From Promethearchaeota archaeon (GTDB lineage Archaea > Asgardarchaeota > Lokiarchaeia > Sigyniarchaeales > SOKP01), in contig JAUWGH010000011.1 in NCBI GenBank assembly GCA_030606485.1, positions 1 to 32,000 on the forward strand: 32,000 bases of DNA, given 5' to 3'. Position numbers and translations under genes: made by a program. Positions 8,883 through 17,878 of this stretch are shown here, piece by piece. The notes below the pieces were generated by a model that was not told where the DNA came from, ran no database searches, and saw only the letters and a list, made by a program, of their open reading frames with translations. Numbering within the stretch: the first letter of the stretch is position 1; every line of letters begins with the position of its first letter.

Positions 8883-9842
8883 ATGAGACTGATAAAAATT
8901 AAAAGAATTCTTGTAATTGGGTCATGCGGTCAAATCGGTAGTGAACTTGTTCCGGCACTTAGAGAGAAGTATGGGAGTAAAAATGTAATTGCAACTGGAA
9001 GACGGACGCCTCCACCTAAAAGCATGCGTGAATCGGGACCGTTTATCTATCTGGAAGCCTTGAATCGTGATGCTCTCGCAAAAGTGATGTATGAGTATGA
9101 GATAAATACAATCTATCACATGGCTTCGATCCTTTCAGCAACTGGAGAAAAAATGCCTCAAACAGCTTGGGAGATAAACATGAATAGCCTAATAAATGTT
9201 CTTGAAATTGGAAGAAGATATAAAATTGAACGTATTATTTGGCCAAGCTCAATTGCCGCTTTCGGACCAACCACTCCGAGAGAACAAACACCAAATGACA
9301 CCATTCTCCAACCCACTACAATGTATGGAATAACAAAAGTGGCCGGAGAACTGTTAGCAGAATACTACTTTAAAAAATTCGGTCTCGACACTCGCTCAAT
9401 GAGACTCCCGGGCATTATCAGTAGTGAAACACCCCCAGGAGGGGGAACAACCGATTATGCCGTAGAAATCTTCTATGAAGCGATCAAGAATAAACGCTAC
9501 ACCTGCTTTGTTAAAGAAGACACTGTTCTGCCAATGATGTACATGCCAGATTGTATAAAATGTATGATCGATTTAATGGAAGCGGATGGTTCAAAATTGA
9601 CCCGTCATATATATAATGTGACGGGATTGAGTTTCTCTGCAGGGGAATTGGCAACTGAAATCAAAAAGCACATACCTGAATTCAAAATCGAGTACAAACC
9701 AGACTTTAGACAAGCAATTGCTGATTCTTGGCCTAAAACTATCGATGATTCCTTAGCACGTGAAGAATGGTCCTGGAATCCAAGCTATAATCTTACAACA
9801 ATGACAAAGGATATGCTTGAAAAACTAAATAAAAGATTGTAA
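8883..9842 (+). CDS. tdh: L-threonine 3-dehydrogenase, SDR/NAD-dependent epimerase type
   Basis: GSCGQIG Rossmann motif, IYHMASILSATGE, PSSIAAFGP, catalytic YGITK, PGGGTTDYAVEIF, LPMMYMPD, YNV and RQAIADSWP are characteristic of SDR-type TDH. Confidence 0.9.
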   Translation: MRLIKIKRILVIGSCGQIGSELVPALREKYGSKNVIATGRRTPPPKSMRESGPFIYLEALNRDALAKVMYEYEINTIYHMASILSATGEKMPQTAWEINMNSLINVLEIGRRYKIERIIWPSSIAAFGPTTPREQTPNDTILQPTTMYGITKVAGELLAEYYFKKFGLDTRSMRLPGIISSETPPGGGTTDYAVEIFYEAIKNKRYTCFVKEDTVLPMMYMPDCIKCMIDLMEADGSKLTRHIYNVTGLSFSAGELATEIKKHIPEFKIEYKPDFRQAIADSWPKTIDDSLAREEWSWNPSYNLTTMTKDMLEKLNKRL

Positions 9843-9942
9843 ACGATACAACGATTTCTTGTTCTCCTTTAAAATCAACTCCATATTAAAAAAAAATATA
9901 ATTTTTATTTATAATTTTGGATTATATCCATTGAAGATATCT

Positions 9943-10266
9943 TTATTTGGGCATTGCTAGTCCTACTAACGGCAATGCTTCCTTTCCGGACATGAAAGTT
10001 TCTATTTCATACCTAAATCCTTCGATGTCTGAATACTCAAGTAACATTTGAATAGACAGACTCATAGCTTCTTCATATTTCCCTTTTTGTATTTCACTAA
10101 TAGCAATAACTTTCATGCCATCTTGAGTTGGTCTCACACCCACTCTTAATATAGGTTTTGCGATAGATGGATCATCAGGATATTTTTTAGTAACTTCTAA
10201 AAATTTTTTCCCAACCTCTGCTGATTTACCAGATGGAAACCAGCTGGTTGTTACCATCAATACCAT
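9943..10266 (-). CDS. Small hypothetical protein (about 107 aa), tandem paralog 1
   Basis: The SD GAGGTGA precedes ATG 10266 (the track's GTG start lies inside the SD). It shares TSWFP, KKYP, DGMK and EGFRYEIET with 10454-10774. Confidence 0.85.
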   Translation of the reverse strand: MVLMVTTSWFPSGKSAEVGKKFLEVTKKYPDDPSIAKPILRVGVRPTQDGMKVIAISEIQKGKYEEAMSLSIQMLLEYSDIEGFRYEIETFMSGKEALPLVGLAMPK

Positions 10267-10291
10267 TAGTTTCACCTCATTTTAAATTTTA

Positions 10292-10315
10292 TTTAATAAA
10301 ATTGGATTTTGAAAC
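10292..10315 (-). repeat. Copy 1 of a 24-nt direct repeat TTTAATAAAATTGGATTTTGAAAC (plus-strand reading) in the leader of paralog 1
   Basis: Identical to 10799-10822. A minus-strand TTAAATAC box lies at 10337-10344. Confidence 0.85.
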
Positions 10316-10453
10316 AAAGAATAATTAAATTATTATGTATTTAAGTCTTTACATTTTCGTCAAGCTACAATTTAATTGATTCCTTCAAAAAAAAGGAAAA
10401 AAAAGAAAATTAGATATGAGAGATATTTTCAACACTAATTTTTTAAATTAGAA

Positions 10454-10774
10454 TTATTCTGGCATTCCTAGACCTACCATTGGCATGGCTTCTGCTCCTG
10501 ATAGATAAGTTTCAATTTCATATCTGAATCCTTCGACAGCACCAAACATAAGCATGCGTTTCATTTCAATATTTAATAACTTTTCTAAATCACCTTTTTT
10601 AGCTTCAGTGATAGAAATGGTTTTCATACCATCTTTAGTAGCCCTCGCACCTACTAATAAGACAGGTTTTTCAAAAGATTCCGTAGGATATTTTTTCATA
10701 ACTTCAATGTATTTCTTTCCAGCCTCAGCTGCTTTGCTAGGTGGAAACCATGAAGTTACCATAATTAATACCAT
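10454..10774 (-). CDS. Small hypothetical protein (106 aa), tandem paralog 2
   Basis: An SD-like GAAGGTA precedes the ATG. It is clearly homologous to 9943-10266 along its full length. Confidence 0.85.
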   Translation of the reverse strand: MVLIMVTSWFPPSKAAEAGKKYIEVMKKYPTESFEKPVLLVGARATKDGMKTISITEAKKGDLEKLLNIEMKRMLMFGAVEGFRYEIETYLSGAEAMPMVGLGMPE

Positions 10775-10798
10775 ATTTTTTACCTTCTTTTAATTTTT

Positions 10799-10822
10799 TT
10801 TAATAAAATTGGATTTTGAAAC
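10799..10822 (-). repeat. Copy 2 of the 24-nt leader repeat
   Basis: Identical to 10292-10315. A minus-strand TTAAATAC box lies at 10842-10849. Confidence 0.85.
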
Positions 10823-11035
10823 GATTATATATTAAATTGGTGAGTATTTAAACTTTTTACAATTTTTGATAATTATTCAGATAGAAAATTAAGAATCAAA
10901 TGATACTATCAAGAAAAATATAGTTATATTGTTTTTTTAAGAAATTAACAAAATTTATTTTCAAAACTTAATTTATTTAAATAAATTACTATTTAGAAAT
11001 TAAATCTTCCATCTAAATTTATTAATTTGGTAATT

Positions 11036-12568
11036 ATGAGCGAGAAAATGAATGTATTATTTATAATGACCGATCAGCAACGAGCTGATCATTTAAGTTG
11101 CGCTGGAAATCCTGCATTAAAAACACCAAATATTGATAGTATAGGAAAAGATGGTATTCGATTCACCAATGCTTTTTGTGCTAATCCTATGTGTATGCCA
11201 AATAGAGCAAGCATGGTTACAGGGTTATATCCAATGGTGCATGGTGTTAGAAGCAATGGAATTAATTTATCTACAGAAATTCCTACTCTAGCCAAGGTTT
11301 TGAAAAAAAGGGGGTATCATACAGCTGCTGTAGGAAAAATGCACTATCAATTTTGGACACCTCCATATAAAATGAAAACTAAATCAACAGAATGTATTGG
11401 TGATTGGTTCGCTGAGAAAGTAGGTAATAATCCTGTACGAGAAAATTTCCCTATCCCATATTATGGATTTGAGGATGTAGAAATGGTACTAGCACATGGT
11501 ACCATGTGCAGCGGACATTACTTTAATTGGTTAAAAGAAAGAAATCCCAAGTATATACCACATTTGAAAAAAAAATATCTGAAATTTCTAGATAATTTTT
11601 TTACATTATTTTGTGATCTTGATTTATCGGAAGAGTATTATAACACTACCTACGTAAAAGAGCGATCTATTGCCTTCCTTGAAAGGTATGCCCATGGAGA
11701 TTACGAGAACAAACCATTCTATTTGCATTGTTCATTTCCAGATCCACACCATCCAGTCTGTCCACCAGGAAAATATAAAGATATGTATAATCCTGATAAA
11801 ATTAATTTCCCCTCGAGTTTTGATGATATCGAGAATTTACGTAATCATCCATTTTTAGGACCACTTTTAGAGGAACCTGTTATTAGAGGGGCGATGTTGC
11901 GTGAATCAACGGAGGAAGAAGTTCGAAATTTTATGGCTTTAACTTATGGATCCTTAACTATGGTCGATGATGCGGTAGGGGAAATTTTAACCACTTTAGA
12001 AAAGTTAGGTTTGACTGATAATACAATAGTAATGTATACAAGTGATCATGGAGATTTAATGGGAGAGCATGGAATGTTGTTAAAAGGACCTTGCCCTTAT
12101 AATTGCTTATTAAACGTCCCTTTACTGTGGAAAGTACCTGGTTTGACAAAACCGTCAGTTTCAGATTCTTTGGTAAGCTCAATTGACTTCACACCGACTA
12201 TTCTCAACATTTTGAATATTAAAGAACGACATCAACCTCCAAATATGCAAGGTCTTGATATAACCTCAATTTTAGAAGATCCTAACAAAAAAGTTAGAGA
12301 TTGTTTTTTAATTGAGGAGGACGAAGAAGTCGGTCCTTACGGTCCTCTTTACACAAGAGTAAGACATTTAATTACAGATACCCATAAGCTAACAGTTTAT
12401 GCAGAATTACCCAGATTTGGGGATTTATTCGACCGTAAGAACGATCCAGACGAGATAAATAATTTATGGTATGATGAGAAGGAACTACAATGCAAAATGT
12501 TGGATAAAATACTTCATGAAAGCCTTAAAATGCAAAGTCGTTATCCTAAAAGAGTATCTGCTACATAA
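11036..12568 (+). CDS. Formylglycine-dependent (Cys-type) sulfatase family hydrolase
   Basis: NVLFIMTDQQRAD, the CMPNRASMVTG (CxPxRxxxxTG) signature, VGKMH, SFPDPHHP and YTSDHGDLMGEHG. ATG 11036 is preferred over TTG 11027. Confidence 0.92.
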   Translation: MSEKMNVLFIMTDQQRADHLSCAGNPALKTPNIDSIGKDGIRFTNAFCANPMCMPNRASMVTGLYPMVHGVRSNGINLSTEIPTLAKVLKKRGYHTAAVGKMHYQFWTPPYKMKTKSTECIGDWFAEKVGNNPVRENFPIPYYGFEDVEMVLAHGTMCSGHYFNWLKERNPKYIPHLKKKYLKFLDNFFTLFCDLDLSEEYYNTTYVKERSIAFLERYAHGDYENKPFYLHCSFPDPHHPVCPPGKYKDMYNPDKINFPSSFDDIENLRNHPFLGPLLEEPVIRGAMLRESTEEEVRNFMALTYGSLTMVDDAVGEILTTLEKLGLTDNTIVMYTSDHGDLMGEHGMLLKGPCPYNCLLNVPLLWKVPGLTKPSVSDSLVSSIDFTPTILNILNIKERHQPPNMQGLDITSILEDPNKKVRDCFLIEEDEEVGPYGPLYTRVRHLITDTHKLTVYAELPRFGDLFDRKNDPDEINNLWYDEKELQCKMLDKILHESLKMQSRYPKRVSAT

Positions 12569-12650
12569 ATTAAAATAATGTTCTTATTTTAGATTTTAGT
12601 TTTATAAAAGATGATTTTATTGAAATAAAATATTCACTTGAATTCGAATC

Positions 12651-14060
12651 ATGAAATTAAAGATATTGTTTGTAAGTGATCTACACAGTAGGTATGAGGA
12701 GATGGCAAAAATTGCATCTATTATTGAGGAGATAAAAGATGAGAACACTATAATTTTAGATATAGGTGATAATGCAGACTTTTCACGGTTAGAAACTGAA
12801 GGTACCCAAGGTAAAATAAGCACGGATATTCTTAATGAGATTGGATTTCATGCCAGAGTATTTGGAAATAATGAAGGGTTTGTAGAAATTGAGATCGGTA
12901 GAAAAATGGCTGAGAATTCCTTGTGTCCTGTTATTACTTGTAATATGTATGATATTAATGGTCAAAAGCTTGATTATCTAAAAGATTATGTAATTATCGA
13001 CATGAAAGGATTAAAAATTTTAATGATTGGGGTAACCGCACCATATAATGAATTTTATCATCTTTTTGGAATTCATATGAAAGACCCTCTAGAAGAGATA
13101 AAGCGGGTTCTTTCCAAATTAAGTAAAGAAAAATACGATCTTCTGATCCTCCTTTCACATCTTGGATTAACTCACGATAAAGAATTAGTCACTAAAATTG
13201 CAAATATTGATATAATAATCGGAGGGCATTCTCATACAGTTCTTACAGAACCAATTAGAGAAAATGGTACCATTATCTGTCAAGCTGGAGGTTATGGAGA
13301 ATATCTAGGTGAACTAGTTATAGACTACGATAAAAAAAGAAATATAATTAAAGAATTTAAAGGAAAACTAATCCCAGCAGCAAATTTTCCACCACATCCT
13401 AAAATTAGTGATATAATCCTTCGCAATTCTAAAGAGGCAGAAAAATTCTTGTCCCGACCTTTATATTCTATTATTGTTACATTAAAACATTCATTAACCG
13501 AAGAAAACGAGATTGGAAATCTTTTAGCTGATGCATTAAGAGAAATGTTCAATAGCGATATAGGAATAATAAACAGTGGTGTTTTAAATCAAGGAATTGA
13601 AAAAGGAATTATTACAAAAAGCCTACTTTTTAAGATATGCCCCTCACCATTAAACCCAACCCTTGTAGAACTAAAAGGGAGCGACCTCTTGATAACCTTA
13701 GAAAAATCTCTCCTTACTAGATATCAACTAATGGATGGAGAAGGAGCTGGATTTAGAGGAAAATATCTCGGAAACATTCAAATATCAAATAATGTTCGTG
13801 TTGCTTTTAATCCTAATAAAAAACCATTAAATAAGATTAATTATGTTAAAATTAATAATACTCTTTTAGATCCTCAACAATGGTATAGAGTAGGGACTTC
13901 TGATTATCTTCAACGTGGAACAGGTTATACGGATTTGAGCAATTGCAAACACGTAAAATATCATCCCGATTGGTTGCGTGATATACTTGAAAAATATTTG
14001 AGTAAGAAGAAATTCATAAAAATGGCATCTTTTAAAAGGTTTATCCCGCAACCAAAATAA
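12651..14060 (+). CDS. Bifunctional metallophosphoesterase/5'-nucleotidase family protein
   Basis: SDLHS, DIGD, GNNE, LLSHLG and IIGGHSH motifs, plus a C-terminal 5'-nucleotidase substrate domain (GNLLADA, IGIINSG, CPSPLNP, YRVGTSDYL). No signal peptide is evident. Confidence 0.88.
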   Translation: MKLKILFVSDLHSRYEEMAKIASIIEEIKDENTIILDIGDNADFSRLETEGTQGKISTDILNEIGFHARVFGNNEGFVEIEIGRKMAENSLCPVITCNMYDINGQKLDYLKDYVIIDMKGLKILMIGVTAPYNEFYHLFGIHMKDPLEEIKRVLSKLSKEKYDLLILLSHLGLTHDKELVTKIANIDIIIGGHSHTVLTEPIRENGTIICQAGGYGEYLGELVIDYDKKRNIIKEFKGKLIPAANFPPHPKISDIILRNSKEAEKFLSRPLYSIIVTLKHSLTEENEIGNLLADALREMFNSDIGIINSGVLNQGIEKGIITKSLLFKICPSPLNPTLVELKGSDLLITLEKSLLTRYQLMDGEGAGFRGKYLGNIQISNNVRVAFNPNKKPLNKINYVKINNTLLDPQQWYRVGTSDYLQRGTGYTDLSNCKHVKYHPDWLRDILEKYLSKKKFIKMASFKRFIPQPK

Positions 14061-14272
14061 ATATCTTAATTTTTTATTAATTCGCAATGCTTTAGTTAAA
14101 TTCTTTATTCACTAACTAACAAGTTCTATAGAATTTAATTAATCGGTAAAGAATTTAAGTTAAGTTATCTATTTTGATCAAATTTAAATAAATGAGATAT
14201 TTTATCAATGCTAAAGGAAAAAAGATTATTAATTTTTTAGCTAAAAATATTTGCATTCAATTCTATTAAGGG

Positions 14273-14644
14273 ATGAAAAAGGTGGATTATTGTCCTAATT
14301 GCGGCGAAAAAATAGAAGGGACAGAAATATATTGCCCTTTTTGTGGATCTTTATTTCAAGAAACTGTTGAAGTGGAGAAGAAAGAAAAAGAAAGAGAAAT
14401 TGCAGATTTAAAACAAAAAATTGCCCAGTTAGAAAAACAAGTAGGAGCTTCGAAAAAAAATGAAATAGAAATACTTAGAAGTGAAGTCTCGGATCTGCAA
14501 CAACAATTAATATTGCAAAAAACTCAACAAGTAGAAATAAAACCTGTAGAAAAGAAGAAAAAAACAGATGAAGGATGTTCTAATTGCTTATGTTGCATAA
14601 TTCTTATAATTATTGTGGCAACAATATTTTATTTTTTATCGTAA
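14273..14644 (+). CDS. Zinc-ribbon, coiled-coil, C-terminally anchored membrane protein
   Basis: N-terminal CPNCG...CPFCG, heptad-rich EIADLKQKIAQLEKQV and EIEILRSEVSDLQQQL segments, and a C-terminal GCSNCLCC followed by IILIIIVATIFYFLS-stop. Confidence 0.75.
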   Translation: MKKVDYCPNCGEKIEGTEIYCPFCGSLFQETVEVEKKEKEREIADLKQKIAQLEKQVGASKKNEIEILRSEVSDLQQQLILQKTQQVEIKPVEKKKKTDEGCSNCLCCIILIIIVATIFYFLS

Positions 14645-14656
14645 ATAAGTAATTTA

Positions 14657-15529
14657 TCATTTATATTTTAATAGAAAATCCACTAGTTCTAGATTTTTCC
14701 TAAACAAATCATAAATCTGCGTGCTTTGTTTCCCTTTCATCAATTTAAGCAACTCCTTGATGTTATAATCTGTTTCGCCAATTTCTTTTTGAAGCTCAGG
14801 TAATAGTTCGAATAGTAATTGTTGATTTAAAACTTTACCATTATAGCGACGTCCAGCCAAATTACTCGCAAGAAATAAATATATTGGTGAAATTGCTTCT
14901 GGTGGATCTGCTTTAAGGCTTGTTTGTCCTAAATCTTTCATATCTTCTATCAACTTAGTTTGGATTGCTCCTGGCAAAATAACACTCACTTGAATATTGT
15001 TGTGACCCACTTCGGCTTGCAGACATTTAGCCATAGTAGTAACAGCTGCTTTAGAGGCAGAATAAGCAACTTTATAACCACTGAAATAAACATTTCCTTG
15101 AACCGAGGAGGTCATAATGATTTTTCCCCCACCATGTTCGACCATATTAGGAAGAATTTGCTTAGTCATTATATAGGATGCCATGAAGTTTAGATTGAAT
15201 AATTTCTGAGCTTTTTCAAGAGGAAAATCGATCATTGTGGAATAATGGGTCATACCAGCATTATTTACGAGAATATCACATCTATTGAAATTTTCAAAAT
15301 ATTTTTTGGCGCACTCCTTCACATTCTCAAGTATAGTTAAGTCAGTTGGGATGGAGAAACATTTTACACCATAACTTTCAATTTCTTTATGAGTCTGATC
15401 TAATTCATTCTTTTCAAGAGCCGTAATCGCCACATGAGCACCATTTTTTGCAAATTCAAGCGCAACAGCCCTTCCAATACCACGCCCTCCACCAGTCACT
15501 AAAGCGTATTTTCCTTCCAGAAGTTTCAT
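14657..15529 (-). CDS. Classical short-chain dehydrogenase/reductase
   Basis: VTGGGRGIG, DILVNNAG, TSS and catalytic YSASK. ATG 15529 follows the track's TTG start. Confidence 0.9.
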   Translation of the reverse strand: MKLLEGKYALVTGGGRGIGRAVALEFAKNGAHVAITALEKNELDQTHKEIESYGVKCFSIPTDLTILENVKECAKKYFENFNRCDILVNNAGMTHYSTMIDFPLEKAQKLFNLNFMASYIMTKQILPNMVEHGGGKIIMTSSVQGNVYFSGYKVAYSASKAAVTTMAKCLQAEVGHNNIQVSVILPGAIQTKLIEDMKDLGQTSLKADPPEAISPIYLFLASNLAGRRYNGKVLNQQLLFELLPELQKEIGETDYNIKELLKLMKGKQSTQIYDLFRKNLELVDFLLKYK

Positions 15530-15663
15530 CAAATCATTCTCTCCAGTTATTTTTAATTAGTTGATAATTAAAATCAATTTTATCAAAATAAATTATTCTT
15601 TTTTAAAAAAATTGCTGTAAGATAAAAATTTCAGAAGAAATGGCCTTATTATTTTCTATAAGA

Positions 15664-16599
15664 TTATACACCAAATAGTAAAATTAAGATCCATAGAAGA
15701 GAAAAACTGATAATAATACTTAAATTCACTAGCATACTAATTATCTTTTGGTCATACTCAAATTCTACAGAAAACGGAATAACTGCAAGACCTATTGGTA
15801 AAACTAATGAAACAGTGATAACTACTCTATATAGATGAGGAAATTGGTCGATGGGTAAGAAAAAGAATAATGAGAGACCAATAGAAAGTCCAATTAAATA
15901 GCGCATTATGAGAACTTTTAAAATTACGTTCCATTCTGCTTTTTCAAATTTGAAACTCAAATAAATGCCTAATAAGAGCAATGTTAAAGCCGTGTTTGCT
16001 CTTGCGAAAATATCCAATATATCTGTAATAAAAATTGGCATGATGAAACCCGAAAAATTTATTGTAAGGGCTATAACATAACTCATTAAAGGTGCTGACT
16101 TTAGTAAGCGTTTGGCAACATGTTTAAAATCCACATTTTTTTCTTCATTATTGAGTGCTGGTGAAAAAATGCAACCAACGATATAACAGAATAAAAATAC
16201 TGTTAAAGCATTACCCGCATCAACTAGAACTATATATTGTAATCCCTCTTCGCCCCAAATCCCTTCTACTAATGGAAATGCTAAATGAACAACATTAAAT
16301 CCAATCACAGTCATTAATATTAGCCCTTTTATATTTCTCGGATAATTTCTAAATAAAATAAGGGCAATACCTAGCATTCCAAGTCCAAAAATTATGTGAA
16401 TTAACGGTATTAAACTCAATGATAAATTAAATTCAATGGTGCTTGTTACCTTTAAGATAATTGCCGGTAACGTGACATTAAATATGATTTTTGCAATAAT
16501 CTTGCCATTTTCTTCTTTAATTATATTTGCTTTTTTAAGAATAAAACCAATTAAAATTATCGTTAATGATAAAAGGAAAGTATAATTTACATCTGCCAT
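15664..16599 (-). CDS. AEC (auxin efflux carrier/malate permease) family transporter
   Basis: About 10 TM helices, with FNVTLPAII and GFNVVHLAFPLVEGIWGEEGL (the AEC N.G..G.P-type segment). Confidence 0.8.
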   Translation of the reverse strand: MADVNYTFLLSLTIILIGFILKKANIIKEENGKIIAKIIFNVTLPAIILKVTSTIEFNLSLSLIPLIHIIFGLGMLGIALILFRNYPRNIKGLILMTVIGFNVVHLAFPLVEGIWGEEGLQYIVLVDAGNALTVFLFCYIVGCIFSPALNNEEKNVDFKHVAKRLLKSAPLMSYVIALTINFSGFIMPIFITDILDIFARANTALTLLLLGIYLSFKFEKAEWNVILKVLIMRYLIGLSIGLSLFFFLPIDQFPHLYRVVITVSLVLPIGLAVIPFSVEFEYDQKIISMLVNLSIIISFSLLWILILLFGV

Positions 16600-16824
16600 T
16601 TTTTATTATTCTACATATTTTTTCGACTCAATAGAACTATTTAGAATAATTAATTGGTCTATTAATTCATTTTCTTTTTATTTAATCCGCAAAACTTTTT
16701 ATTTTATAGACATATTTGGAAGAAAATAAAGAAGAAAGATGTAATAATAGAAAGGCTTTATCCGATAAAAAATTTTAAATAATGTCATCAGTAAATTAAA
16801 TTATTAATATAAGAGATAATTGAA

Positions 16825-17742
16825 ATGAAACCAAATCTTCTTTCAGAGAAAAAAGTAATTATAACCGTTGCGATAACCGGAGGGATACATGGAAAGTGGG
16901 CGACCTCTTCGCTACCGATAACTCCAGAGGAGCAAGCTCAAGATGCTTTGGAATGTTATAATGCAGGTGCATCAATACTCCATCTTCACGTACGTGATCA
17001 TGATGGTCAAAATACAGCCGATATAAATGTATATAATGAAGCAGTAAAATTAATTGGTGAGAAGTGCCCAATTATTAGGCAGATCGGTAATGGAATTGGA
17101 GCACGTCTAGAAACAACTACAACTATAACAAGATATGGTAGAAAAGCGGTAAAATCCAAGATTGTGCAACCATCACTGGAAGCAAGACTGAACCTACTTA
17201 CAATTGAGCCTATACCTGAAATGTTCACTATTAACGCTGGATCATTTGAATTCAGAACTCCTTATGGTGGGGGGTTATTCGATAATCCAATGGATTTTAA
17301 TAGAAAATTTGTTAAAGGATGTAAAAAATTGGGTTGTGGTATTGAGATTGAAGTATATGATTTAAGCCATATTGCTAATATTATGGAACTTGTCGATAAA
17401 GGCATATTAATACCACCTCTGCACTTTAGCCTTGTTTTGGGAATTAAAGGGGGCGCTCCTGCAACGGTAAAGAATCTATTAAGCATGATTGAGCTACTTC
17501 CCGAGGGATCAACGTGGCAAGTTGTTACAGTTGGTAAATTCCATTTACGAACCACTCTTATCGCTATGTCAATGGGGGGTAATGTTAGAACTGGGCTCGA
17601 AGATACTATTTATTACCAGAAGGGGGTACCAGTAAAAAGTAATGCACAACTAGTGGAACGCATGGTTAGATTAGCCCGAGAAATAGGAAGAGAACCAGCC
17701 ACAGTTGATGAGGCAAAAAAAATGTTGGGATTAAAAAAATAG
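16825..17742 (+). CDS. BKACE (3-keto-5-aminohexanoate cleavage enzyme-like, DUF849) family protein
   Basis: IITVAITGG, LPITPEEQ, AGASILHLHVRD (Zn HxH), EIEVYD and GGNVRTGLEDTIY. Confidence 0.92.
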   Translation: MKPNLLSEKKVIITVAITGGIHGKWATSSLPITPEEQAQDALECYNAGASILHLHVRDHDGQNTADINVYNEAVKLIGEKCPIIRQIGNGIGARLETTTTITRYGRKAVKSKIVQPSLEARLNLLTIEPIPEMFTINAGSFEFRTPYGGGLFDNPMDFNRKFVKGCKKLGCGIEIEVYDLSHIANIMELVDKGILIPPLHFSLVLGIKGGAPATVKNLLSMIELLPEGSTWQVVTVGKFHLRTTLIAMSMGGNVRTGLEDTIYYQKGVPVKSNAQLVERMVRLAREIGREPATVDEAKKMLGLKK

Positions 17743-17878
17743 TTAATATTAATCTAAGAATTTTTATAGAGCGATTTTCTATTATTTTTATTAAATTCAA
17801 GATTCCTGCTTTAAAAAATGATTATAACTAATTAATTGATAAATAGAAAAAAAAAAATTAAAAATTAAAAAAGAAAAT

